From: a virus | Lineage: Duplodnaviria; Caudoviricetes | Direction: 5' to 3' (one strand) | IMG/VR virus record: IMGVR_UViG_3300028603_000032 | Span: 15,785 to 79,784 of that record | Length of the DNA stretch: 64,000 nt | Shown here: one piece after another, positions 56,078 to 64,000 of the stretch | How positions within the stretch are numbered: the first letter of the stretch is position 1 | Layout: the number at the start of each line of letters is the position of its first letter | Program-made: the position numbers and the translations under genes | The notes under the pieces: model-generated | Database searches by the model: none | What the model saw: the letters and a program-made list of their open reading frames with translations, nothing else | Told to the model about the DNA's origin: nothing

Positions 56078-56674
56078 ATGACCAGAACTCTAGTCGCAAA
56101 CTTAGTTGGTATCAGTCCTTACAGCCAATCTCGCGCTCACGATGAGCCGAAGATTGATGACAAGGAATCGCATGATGCCTATGACCGCCGCACATGGCGC
56201 AGCAAGGCTCATGTCGATGCGGACACCGGACAAGTCGTCATCCCAGCTATGGGGTTGAAACTGGCAATCGCCGAGGCTGCCAGGAGGCTCGCAATCAAGA
56301 TCCCCGGAAAGCGTGGGGCGACTTACACGAAGAATGTGTTGTCTGGTGTTCTCGTCGTGGCAGATATGCCGCTGGGCATCACCCGAGACGATTTACGGGA
56401 AGAGGTTGTTTTCGCGAACGCCGATGGCAAGCGTGGATCAGGCACGCGGGTATTTCGCCGATTCCCAATGGTTCCGACGGGATGGAAGGCAACCGCAGAG
56501 ATCCATCTCATTGACAGTGAAATACCCGAGGAAGTTGTCGAGCGCTGCTTGCGCGAGGCCGGTAACTTGATCGGGATCGGCAGGTTCAGGCCGCAGAATG
56601 GCGGGTACCTAGGACGCTTCGAAGTGACGGCGATGAAGTGGAACAAGACAGCACCCCAAAGGCTTGCGGCTTAG
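56078..56674 (+). CDS. RAMP/Cas7-like RNA-binding protein (198 aa)
   Basis: N-terminal strand LVGISPY; VVIPAMGLKLAIAEAA helix; RRFPMVPTGWKAT; C-terminal Gly-rich loop GIGRFRPQNGGYLGRFEV characteristic of RAMP/Cas7 RRM folds. Confidence 0.75.
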   Translation: MTRTLVANLVGISPYSQSRAHDEPKIDDKESHDAYDRRTWRSKAHVDADTGQVVIPAMGLKLAIAEAARRLAIKIPGKRGATYTKNVLSGVLVVADMPLGITRDDLREEVVFANADGKRGSGTRVFRRFPMVPTGWKATAEIHLIDSEIPEEVVERCLREAGNLIGIGRFRPQNGGYLGRFEVTAMKWNKTAPQRLAA

Positions 56675-56687
56675 AAGCATATGTCTG

Positions 56688-56760
56688 CGCTGCGCTACTC
56701 TCCGCCCCGCTACGCTGCACCCGGCACCGCCCCGCTTCGCCTTGCTTCGCAACTCAACGT
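56688..56760 (+). repeat. Pentamer array 2, (CGC-NN)x~15; candidate guide RNA
   Basis: Unbroken phase; 9 of 15 CGC; ends CGCAA-CTCAA-CG. Confidence 0.8.
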
Positions 56761-56775
56761 CTCCTGTAGGCATTG

Positions 56776-56819
56776 GCGGTGGCGTGAAAGACAGATTTTC
56801 TGTCTTTCATTCAGCCGCC
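56776..56819 (+). other. Hairpin separating arrays 2 and 3
   Basis: TGAAAGACAGA-TTT-TCTGTCTTTCA perfect 11-bp stem, extended by GGCGG/CCGCC. Confidence 0.75.
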
Positions 56820-56825
56820 GAGGAT

Positions 56826-56915
56826 CGCTGCGCATCTCTGCGCCGTGCTGCGCTGCGCGACGCGGTGCCACTTAACGCCACGTGCCGCACCGCTCCTTGA
56901 CGCAACTCAACGCAA
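56826..56915 (+). repeat. Pentamer array 3, (CGC-NN)x18; candidate guide RNA
   Basis: Unbroken phase; 11 of 18 CGC; ends CGCAA-CTCAA-CGCAA-CG. Confidence 0.85.
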
Positions 56916-56941
56916 CGACCAATAGAAAGGAACTGAAAGTA

Positions 56942-57451
56942 ATGGCATTCCCAAATGGTCATAACAAAGGTCCGAGCTGGCGAGAAGCTATAGACGCCCG
57001 CAAGGCCATGCTCCGCAACGTGGTTGAAGGTGAGACGCTCACATATCCCGAGATGACGAAAATTCTCGGGGTGAAGATCACCGGTGGTGGCGAGAACGAA
57101 TTACAGGTTGCTCTCCGTGAGCTGCACAAGGAAGGCATCGCGTTCACAAATGTGTCCGGTGAAGGGTACACTCGCCTTGATCCGACGAAATCGGTTGTCG
57201 TCAAGGGGAACGGTTTCAGGTTGAAGGCTCGTCGGGTAACAAAGCGCGGCCTAACCCTTCTGAACAATATCGACGATAGTGCCGTGGACCGATCATCTCG
57301 GCCGAACAAGTGGGCTCTTGTCGCATTGTTGGAGACGATAAAGAGAACGACACACGGGAACAGTGTCAACGCATCGGTGAAGAAGATGTCAATGGCGGAA
57401 GAGGAGAAGAACAGGTTAAAGCGGCAGTTATCTGGGGAGATCATTGGCTGA
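56942..57451 (+). CDS. Putative winged-helix DNA-binding protein associated with the RAMP locus
   Basis: RBS AAAGGA; GETLTYPEMTKILG...LQVALRELHKEGIAFTNVSGEGYTRL wHTH-like pattern; basic. Confidence 0.55.
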   Translation: MAFPNGHNKGPSWREAIDARKAMLRNVVEGETLTYPEMTKILGVKITGGGENELQVALRELHKEGIAFTNVSGEGYTRLDPTKSVVVKGNGFRLKARRVTKRGLTLLNNIDDSAVDRSSRPNKWALVALLETIKRTTHGNSVNASVKKMSMAEEEKNRLKRQLSGEIIG

Positions 57452-57561
57452 TTTTTCTGAAGCCGTGCCAGATGCGGATAGAACGAATGGCCCGTTCTCA
57501 TTCTAGTCGCGCTACCAGTTACTGATCCCGAAGAAAAACGCCAGCTCAAGGAGATGCTGGA

Positions 57562-57681
57562 ATGACCGCCCAAGAATGGCATCAGTTCTTCTGGCTCGTC
57601 ATTTACGGCCCTATGATGATGCTTATCTTTGGGGGTATTCTGGTGTTACTTGACTGGCTTCTGTTCATCAGAGGGGAATGA
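57562..57681 (+). CDS. Small membrane peptide
   Basis: MTAQEWHQFFWLVIYGPMMMLIFGGILVLLDWLLFIRGE; read manually. Confidence 0.4.
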   Translation: MTAQEWHQFFWLVIYGPMMMLIFGGILVLLDWLLFIRGE

Positions 57682-58155
57682 GTCAGAATGTCGCAGTGTT
57701 TTACTGTTGCTGAGATATGGGATCTTTGGTAAGGGCTTAATTCGCTACTGCTCAGAATTACGGGCCGCGCCGGAAAAACTGGCAGCGGCCTTTGTGTTTC
57801 CAGCCCGCCATCACAGTCCAATGCGCTCCACCGGCATGCGTGCAAACCGGGCGATCACGGACGTGGTGGAGGCTGGTTCCAATTCAAGGCTTGCTCCCAT
57901 GCAGTACGCCGACTCCCTCGCCAACGTAGCTCTGCAAAACTCCATTGGTGGACTGCTTCTGATGGCCCTTGGCGGTATACTGCTTCTCGTTCTGTGGGCT
58001 GCAAAATGAATTACCCTGCACCGCCTCCTAGCGGGTCAGCCGCCGGGTCCGACTAACGAGAAAGACGCGATCCGGTTCGGTGCAGGGCCGCGCTATGCGG
58101 GGTCATCGTCAACGGTAAATCGCGTCATCGGCGGCACTAATTCTGAGGGCGTAAG

Positions 58156-58419
58156 ATGAACTCGCACTGCAGGATCGGCAAGGTCGTCCTGAAAAGCCGC
58201 TTGCCCGACAACGTGGTATTTCTCAGAGACACGACGAGCGATCATGTCCCGCCATTTCGGGTCTTGGGTGGTGCCCTTGAGAAGGACCTGCAGGAGGTGC
58301 TCGTGCTCGGCATCGATAAGGACGGCAGGGATTACTTCGCTGGATCATTCGCGGATATGTTCGAGGTGGTGCTGATCCTCGACAGGTTTCGTAGGAACGC
58401 TATGGGGCTAGGATCATGA
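58156..58419 (+). CDS. Hypothetical protein
   Basis: RBS GAGGG; VLVLGIDKDGRDYFA motif. Confidence 0.55.
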   Translation: MNSHCRIGKVVLKSRLPDNVVFLRDTTSDHVPPFRVLGGALEKDLQEVLVLGIDKDGRDYFAGSFADMFEVVLILDRFRRNAMGLGS

Positions 58420-58549
58420 GCCGCGTAGTTCTTTCGAAGCACTGGAAGCGCAAGGGTCAGGCGAAGCACTTCACCGCCGCCAAGCACGCGAAAGCATCTC
58501 GCGCCGAGAAGGCATGGCTCAAGCTCAGCAAGCCGAAGGTCGATAGCAA

Positions 58550-58747
58550 ATGACGACAGAGCAGATGAACGACCGCATCGAGAAGGCCAAGGCCCTTATG
58601 AGAGACGCGGTGGATCTGCTCTATCCGCTTTTGGGTGAAGAGAACACGGCGCGCGCCATAGCAGAAGCGATAGACGAGCGGCTGGATTACCACTGCGAGG
58701 AAGCCGCTGCCACGATCGCGTATCCGTTTTCGAACATGGTGCATTGA
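58550..58747 (+). CDS. Hypothetical protein
   Basis: ORF in operon. Confidence 0.5.
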   Translation: MTTEQMNDRIEKAKALMRDAVDLLYPLLGEENTARAIAEAIDERLDYHCEEAAATIAYPFSNMVH

Positions 58748-58865
58748 TGACGGTGCTCTGGGTGCTGAAGGCAGTCTTTCTTTTAGGGCTGATCACCGCC
58801 TCGATATGGCACGTGTGGCTTGCGATCTTCATGGATGATGGTACCGATGAAGATCAGTTCGGAGG

Positions 58866-59153
58866 ATGGGGACACCAATGAACCACGAAGACATCGCCAA
58901 GCGCTGTGCTGAATCCATCATGCAGCGTGCAAACGACACGTACCCTCGTACCTTGCACAAAGACATGCTGGTAGACGAGATCGGCAAGGCGATCAGTGAG
59001 GCAACGAAACGGTCGGGCTGGCCCCCGGCAGTAGCGTTGGGGGATTTGGCGGGTGCTCTATTACAGGCCCCGCTTCCGAGAGCCCGTCTCGACAAGAATC
59101 TGTCCGAGTCGGCTTCGGCTTGGGTTTCGTCCTACTATGAAAACCCCGAGTAA
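58866..59153 (+). CDS. Hypothetical protein
   Basis: ORF in operon. Confidence 0.5.
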   Translation: MGTPMNHEDIAKRCAESIMQRANDTYPRTLHKDMLVDEIGKAISEATKRSGWPPAVALGDLAGALLQAPLPRARLDKNLSESASAWVSSYYENPE

Positions 59154-59155
59154 CC

Positions 59156-59551
59156 ATGCCTCTGAACCGTGATGCCGGCGAGCGCATCGAGGGCTTGAGC
59201 GACAACTTCCGCATCGCCCCGCTCGCAAAGTGGAGAGAACTGACGGGTATCCAGGTTCCCTACCAGATACCGGGCAAGTTCCGGCCCCGGACGGCAACCC
59301 GGCCCATGTACGAGGATGCGCTGGAGACGGCGAAGAAAGCTTTTGCCGACGCAGGCGCGTTGATCCCCGTCGTTATCAGCGAAAGCGACGTGCTGGTGCA
59401 GGAGTACCCCGCAGATCAGGCCGTGGTGTTCGTGTTCTACCGGAAGATCGCAGGCGAGGATAAGTTCGTCACCCGTCGCTACGACCTCGACGACAGGCTG
59501 ATCGGGTTTCTCAAGACGACGGGACGGTGGGAAGACACGACAGTCAATTGA
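59156..59551 (+). CDS. Hypothetical protein
   Basis: ORF in operon, GC3-rich. Confidence 0.55.
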   Translation: MPLNRDAGERIEGLSDNFRIAPLAKWRELTGIQVPYQIPGKFRPRTATRPMYEDALETAKKAFADAGALIPVVISESDVLVQEYPADQAVVFVFYRKIAGEDKFVTRRYDLDDRLIGFLKTTGRWEDTTVN

Positions 59552-59850
59552 CCGTGGAGCTCCGTGCCGGTACGAGTCGGGTCATGCCACGAACGCACCG
59601 CCCTCCTGACGATTGGGTGCACCCCGTCAAGGTCTACGACACCGACCGCCGCAGAATGGCGGTGAAGCATTTCGTGCCAGAGATCAAGGCCACAGACTAT
59701 CTCGTCCTCACGGAGACGGACGGAACCCCGAGACGCTATTTCGTGATGGCGAACGAGAGAGTGCCGGAAGCCTCGGGCGTCTGGTACGCCGAGCTGATCG
59801 CCTCGCCCCCGCCGGCAACGGTTCTCGGTGAGACCTATGCAAAAGAATAG
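59527..59850 (+). CDS. Hypothetical protein
   Basis: ORF ends just before the terminator. Confidence 0.45.
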   Translation: MGRHDSQLTVELRAGTSRVMPRTHRPPDDWVHPVKVYDTDRRRMAVKHFVPEIKATDYLVLTETDGTPRRYFVMANERVPEASGVWYAELIASPPPATVLGETYAKE

Positions 59851-59872
59851 CCCCGCCGGAGCGGGGCCTTTT
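59850..59872. terminator. Bidirectional rho-independent terminator
   Basis: GCCCCGC-CGGA-GCGGGGC-CTTTT, A-rich on the left, between convergent genes. Confidence 0.75.
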
Positions 59873-59876
59873 AGTG

Positions 59877-60710
59877 TTATCGCGTGAATGGCAGGACGAC
59901 GCCCTTGGGCTGTGGCGCTGTCTTCCTGACCGTCGAGCGCCGCGTCTTCTGAGACCTGCGCTTCGGCGGAGCCTTTCGGGATGCCTTCCGGGTCGGCGCC
60001 TTGCGCGGCGGCTTCCGGTCCAGCATCGCCCCGGCTCCTACACCGATGAACCCGAGACCGCCAAGGTACATCACGGCGGGCAGGAGCATCGGCTGAACGG
60101 TGGCGACGGTCTTCTCGCTCACCGGCACGAAGTAGGCGACCGAGGCGGCCAGGGTATCGACGGCACGTTCGGCGCCAGCGGTCCTGACCTGGGCAATGGC
60201 CTCGGCAACCCGGACACGGGCTGCGTCGGCCTTGGCCTCCCAGCTCTTGCAAACCGGCCCGCAGCCGCCACGGGTCCGCTCTGCAGCGGCTTCGGCATCG
60301 AACCGGGCCACATCTGCCTTAGCCTCATCCAGTGCCTGACGGGCAAGGGTGGCGGCCATGTTTGCAGACTTCCGCTCGGCGAGTTGGGCCTCACGGGTCT
60401 GACTGGTCCGGTCCAGCGTAGCCGAGAGTGAGAACGTCGTAGCGGCTACGAGAACGCAGGCCAGAAGTCCGGCCTCGAACTTTTTCTTCGCCCGCCATGC
60501 GGCACGAGCGGCCGGCAGGGCGAGCATTGCGGCGACACTGGCAACTGGAACGGCTGCCACCAGTGACGTGAGTCCCTTCTCGGACCCGAGAATGAACTCC
60601 ATGTTGCTCCAGGTATCTGTTCCTGCGAGAGCAACGCCTGTGCCCAAGGCCGCCATTGCAAGCGGCATGGGGACGTGGTACTTAGTCGTGCGAGCCATCG
60701 TGACCTCCAA
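59877..60710 (-). CDS. Membrane coiled-coil protein with basic tail
   Basis: Several TM segments, coiled-coil with CGPVC, Arg/Lys-rich C-terminus. Confidence 0.6.
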   Translation of the reverse strand: MEVTMARTTKYHVPMPLAMAALGTGVALAGTDTWSNMEFILGSEKGLTSLVAAVPVASVAAMLALPAARAAWRAKKKFEAGLLACVLVAATTFSLSATLDRTSQTREAQLAERKSANMAATLARQALDEAKADVARFDAEAAAERTRGGCGPVCKSWEAKADAARVRVAEAIAQVRTAGAERAVDTLAASVAYFVPVSEKTVATVQPMLLPAVMYLGGLGFIGVGAGAMLDRKPPRKAPTRKASRKAPPKRRSQKTRRSTVRKTAPQPKGVVLPFTR

Positions 60711-60885
60711 AGTTGGCGATGGTTTCGGTTCAAGAGCCTGGCAGGGACACCACCCCAGCCGGGCTCATTGCTTTTGGGCCGCCAAACAAAGAGCGGTCCA
60801 CGGAGCAGATTGGTAGCGCCATGCTACCGCGTCAAGCAAATAATGAAGTCATTCATCAAATAGTCGTGAATAACCAAGGATTGCT

Positions 60886-61119
60886 CTAGGCATCGAGCAA
60901 TTCGGCAACACGTTTCGGCCAGTTCTTTTGCGGAACTTCTTCAAGAAGCTCAAGCATATCTACAGTATAGGCGGGCCATCCACCGGCTTCCCATCGATAC
61001 ATCTGCTTCTTGTTTTCCAGGAACAATCTGCCGAGCTTTTCGGAAAGCTTATGCTCCCCGAGCAACCGCGCATAGCGCTGTCTGATCTCTGATGGTGAGT
61101 AGGCAGGAGGCTTCGGCAT
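60886..61119 (-). CDS. Small HTH-like protein
   Basis: [21 protein letters not shown]. Confidence 0.45.
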   Translation of the reverse strand: MPKPPAYSPSEIRQRYARLLGEHKLSEKLGRLFLENKKQMYRWEAGGWPAYTVDMLELLEEVPQKNWPKRVAELLDA

Positions 61120-61165
61120 ATCAGGGAGGGTAGTAGCTACTGGCTACACCGGCAAGTGTGAAATC

Positions 61166-61831
61166 ATGGCTCGTGCAGTACGGAAAGGGCGACCGAGGAA
61201 GGCCGACATAAAGGCCGCTGCCGATCGAGCAGAGCGCAGAGCAAAGGGCGAGAAGCCAGCCCCGCCGAAAGATCATGTTCTCGATCCGCCCGAGACAGCC
61301 AAGCGTGATGAGAAGACAGGCCGGTTCCTTCCGGGCAACCGTTTCTGGATGGCGCGATCGAGCGCAGGGCCTAATCCGAAGTTTGCAAAGGCAGATGACC
61401 TCTGGAGCGCCTGCGTCGAGTATTTCGATTGGGTGCAGGCCAACCCGCTCTATGCGGATCACATCGTCACGTTCCAAGGGATGGCAACCCACGAGCCTGT
61501 TGCCAAGATGAGGGCGATGACCATTGCAGGTCTTTGCCTGTTCCTGGACATCAGCCAAGAAACATGGCGGCTCTGGAAAAGAGATCGTTCCGATTTGCTT
61601 GCAGTCATTACGCGAGCGGAGACAGTAATATACTCGCAGAAGTTTGCCGGAGCTGCAGCAGATCTTCTGAATGCCAATATCATCGCACGAGATCTTGGCC
61701 TCGCAGACAAGAATGAACTGACCGGCAAGGACGGCGAGCCTCTGATGCCTGAGTCCTCCAGTCCACGAGATATCGCCCGCGCTATTTTTGACATCCTGCG
61801 CACGGCGCAGATCAACGGAGACCAGAAATGA
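61166..61831 (+). CDS. terS: Terminase small subunit (P22 gp3-like)
   Basis: [10 protein letters not shown]; [18 protein letters not shown]; [12 protein letters not shown]; [23 protein letters not shown]. Confidence 0.9.
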   Translation: MARAVRKGRPRKADIKAAADRAERRAKGEKPAPPKDHVLDPPETAKRDEKTGRFLPGNRFWMARSSAGPNPKFAKADDLWSACVEYFDWVQANPLYADHIVTFQGMATHEPVAKMRAMTIAGLCLFLDISQETWRLWKRDRSDLLAVITRAETVIYSQKFAGAAADLLNANIIARDLGLADKNELTGKDGEPLMPESSSPRDIARAIFDILRTAQINGDQK

Positions 61832-62145
61832 TCAGCCGTCACGTCTTCCACGTCGATACGGACACGGGAACATGGGTCGGGGTATCGGCGCCGTTCATGG
61901 GGTCTCTGAGGCAGGTTCGCTGGAATCCAGAAGGAGCCGACACGGGCGGCTCGCTGGAGATGACGATGCTTCTGAATGAGACCGACACGGGAGACGGCTG
62001 GACGTTTCTTCAGAAGGCAGGACTTGGAACCGCGTTCGTGGACACCGGAGTAAACGTCATCGGCGCTGGTGAGAAGTTCAAGGTTTCAGTGAGGCCAGGT
62101 GCGGCCTCACTATCAGGCAAGCTCTATGTGTGGGTGGGGGAGTAG
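61828..62145 (+). CDS. Small beta-rich putative virion protein with 4 DTG motifs
   Basis: ATGA coupling to terS; beta-strand pattern. Confidence 0.6.
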   Translation: MISRHVFHVDTDTGTWVGVSAPFMGSLRQVRWNPEGADTGGSLEMTMLLNETDTGDGWTFLQKAGLGTAFVDTGVNVIGAGEKFKVSVRPGAASLSGKLYVWVGE

Positions 62146-62219
62146 GCACGGCGGCGCAGTTACGTGGAATGCGTCGGGGATCTTTGCGCTTTAACGCTTA
62201 CCGGGAAGGTGGTGCTGGA

Positions 62220-62981
62220 TCAGGCCTGATCTCTCGCACAGAGGATGGTCCCGCGGTCGTCGTTCCGAAACATCGGCTTGAAGCCAGTAGACAGTAGAAT
62301 TTTTTGACATTGATCGAGCGTGCTTTTTCCATTGCGCTCTTCGCCTACGTCTACGGCTATGAAGGACGTGAACTTGAGCGTTTCGGTTGCCCCACGTAGC
62401 ACTTCAGGCTCGGCCCCTTCGGCATCCATCTTAATGAGGCGGACGGCAGGAAAATCGCGCCTAGCCATGATGGCGTCGAGCGGCAGGGCGTTGACCTGGA
62501 TGCTTTGCCCGCTATTGCCGATGAACGAGCCGTCTGCTTCATCGGGCGCTGTGAAGAAGCTCAGCGAGGCGGGCTCATGCCAGAGACCGACAGGCTCCAC
62601 TTCAACGACTTTGCCAGAGACATTATCGCGAAGGCAGGCAAGGGTCGTGGGGTCCGGTTCGAACGCGATCACCCGAGCGCCGCGTGCGGCGGCCCAAAGT
62701 GAGAACTCGCCAATGTTGGCGCCGATGTCGAGCACCAGATCGCCGGGTCGGAGCGTGACATGCTGAGCGATGCCGTAGGCGCTCGCCACCTTGTCGATGC
62801 GGGCCTTGATCCCGCGCCTGTAGAGTCCGACACGACGCTCGCTCGCGAGCCTGAGCGTGCCCTCGGGTGTGTCGATGAGTATTCCGTGTTCGGTGCTGCG
62901 CGTGCGGATGCGAACTCCGTCGCGATGCAACCACCAGAGCCATTCATAGCGTATAGCGCGCAAATCCATGGCTGCCCCCAT
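62220..62981 (-). CDS. FkbM-family methyltransferase
   Basis: VLDIGANIGEFS, AFEPDP, LIKMDAEGAEPEVLRG. Confidence 0.88.
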   Translation of the reverse strand: MGAAMDLRAIRYEWLWWLHRDGVRIRTRSTEHGILIDTPEGTLRLASERRVGLYRRGIKARIDKVASAYGIAQHVTLRPGDLVLDIGANIGEFSLWAAARGARVIAFEPDPTTLACLRDNVSGKVVEVEPVGLWHEPASLSFFTAPDEADGSFIGNSGQSIQVNALPLDAIMARRDFPAVRLIKMDAEGAEPEVLRGATETLKFTSFIAVDVGEERNGKSTLDQCQKILLSTGFKPMFRNDDRGTILCARDQA

Positions 62982-63024
62982 GACCGATAAGCCAACAGCC
63001 TAGCTGGCCACTGGAACGTATGCA

Positions 63025-63729
63025 ATGCTGACAATACCACAGCCCTTTGGCGGACTGGTAATCCCCAGATCACGCGTATCGGTGCCAGTTCTTACCTACA
63101 TCGGGCGCGCAACGTCGACGACTGAATCGACAACCATTACGATCTCGGATGTCAGTATCGGGACGGCCTCTGCTGATCGCCTCGTGGTGGTATCGGCTAT
63201 GTGTGTGCACAATGATAACGGCAACTTAACAGTCATTACTGGGGGGTCTATCGGCGGCAGTGCGGCGACTCTGGTTGTGGCGTCAAATGGCATGGATTAC
63301 CCCGCCCTCACTGCGATATTGTCGAGGGTCGTGACCAGCGGAACCACGGCGACAATAACGATCAATCTCAGCGTGGCCGTTCAGCGAACAGCATTGGATG
63401 TCTACACAATAAAGGGCCTGAACTCGACGACGGCGCATCACACGAACACGACCTGGAGCACTAACAATACGAGTTTCCTCGGCACAACACTGAATATCCC
63501 GGCAAACGGGTTCGCTATCGGTGGCCTGGCTGCTCAGGACGAATTTAACGTGTATTCGCACACCTGGTCCGGACTCACCGAGGATGCGGATTCTGCGTCA
63601 GGGCTTAGCTATGGGGGATACACGTCCGCCTCGGGCCAGATGATGTCGGCTGAGAGCGGCCGCAGTATCTCTGTGACCGCTAATGGCAACTCAAGACGGA
63701 AGTCGATGTGTGTCGCGAGCTGGGCATAG
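63025..63729 (+). CDS. Putative virion structural protein (Ser/Thr-rich, beta-rich)
   Basis: Composition and position after terS. Confidence 0.55.
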   Translation: MLTIPQPFGGLVIPRSRVSVPVLTYIGRATSTTESTTITISDVSIGTASADRLVVVSAMCVHNDNGNLTVITGGSIGGSAATLVVASNGMDYPALTAILSRVVTSGTTATITINLSVAVQRTALDVYTIKGLNSTTAHHTNTTWSTNNTSFLGTTLNIPANGFAIGGLAAQDEFNVYSHTWSGLTEDADSASGLSYGGYTSASGQMMSAESGRSISVTANGNSRRKSMCVASWA

Positions 63730-63738
63730 GGGGCCGGC

Positions 63739-64000
63739 ATGCAATACCTTGGTGACAAAAGCCCCGGCGCGACGATTACGTTCTGGTTCACTACGGCCGA
63801 TGCCGATGGCGTGCCGACCGCGCTCACCAGCGGAACGATCAGCGTCTACAAGGACAGTTCGAACACCCAGAGCACGTCGGGCGTCACACTCTCTGCGTCG
63901 GCGGACAGCGTGACGGGAGCGAACCGGGTCGCAATCAACACGTCGGCGGACGGCACGTTTTACAGCGCCGGGAGTGATTTCACGGTGATGCTGACGGCCG
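63739..64000 (+). CDS. Putative virion protein, 5' partial (MQYLGDKSPGATITFWFTT...)
   Basis: RBS GGGGG; open to window end; Ser/Thr-rich. Confidence 0.55.
   Translation, partial: MQYLGDKSPGATITFWFTTADADGVPTALTSGTISVYKDSSNTQSTSGVTLSASADSVTGANRVAINTSADGTFYSAGSDFTVMLTA

Noticed and set aside
55823-56900. Track ORFs made of the pentamer repeats (55823..56044, 55899..56099, 55906..56145, 56664..56900, 56681..56875)
   Set aside because: Low-complexity Arg/Ala/Cys translations without RBS; by-products of stop-free repeats
55940-56915. Pentamer arrays as a classical CRISPR array or simple microsatellite
   Set aside because: No 25-40-nt direct repeats with spacers and no cas1/cas2/cas6. Units vary at fixed positions without phase slips, unlike a microsatellite.
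59479-60252. 257-aa minus-strand ORF
   Set aside because: Overlaps better-supported genes in other frames and crosses the bidirectional terminator
1-64000. Reverse-transcriptase systems (DGR, retron), rRNA, host chromosomal flanks
   Set aside because: No RT motif (YxDD in RT context), TR/VR pair, rRNA or housekeeping operon recognised; attP is intact with phage genes on both sides

Overview
About 64 kb of a temperate alphaproteobacterial phage genome, circularly permuted. The host is probably Hyphomicrobiales/Hyphomicrobiaceae, judged from a GcrA homolog and a Hyphomicrobium-type porin. The window opens in the last codons of the major capsid gene. It then runs through a podovirus-type tail/ejection module (tail tubular A and B, ejection proteins including a lysozyme and a ~3,380-aa polyvalent protein), a lysis cassette, an ISL3 element with passenger genes, and an accessory operon of small genes separated by repeated leader motifs. 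Next come an intact attP (5' half of tRNA-Gly(CCC)) beside a tyrosine integrase, a leftward early/recombination operon, a cI/cro switch, replication genes, a porin plus a tRNA-like RNA, and the P22-type small terminase with the next virion genes. Large terminase, portal and most of the capsid gene lie outside the window. The top candidate system is at 55.9-57.5 kb. A sigma70 promoter starts at a strictly 5-nt-periodic (CGC-NN)n array that leads into a RAMP/Cas7-like gene. Two more (CGC-NN)n arrays separated by a perfect hairpin follow, then a putative winged-helix gene. This looks like a compact phage RNA-guided system with a non-contiguous dinucleotide code. A second strong signal is a D-T-G tripeptide, 23 copies in four probable external virion proteins and not seen in the large ejected proteins. 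All annotations come from motif recognition by eye; no searches were run.
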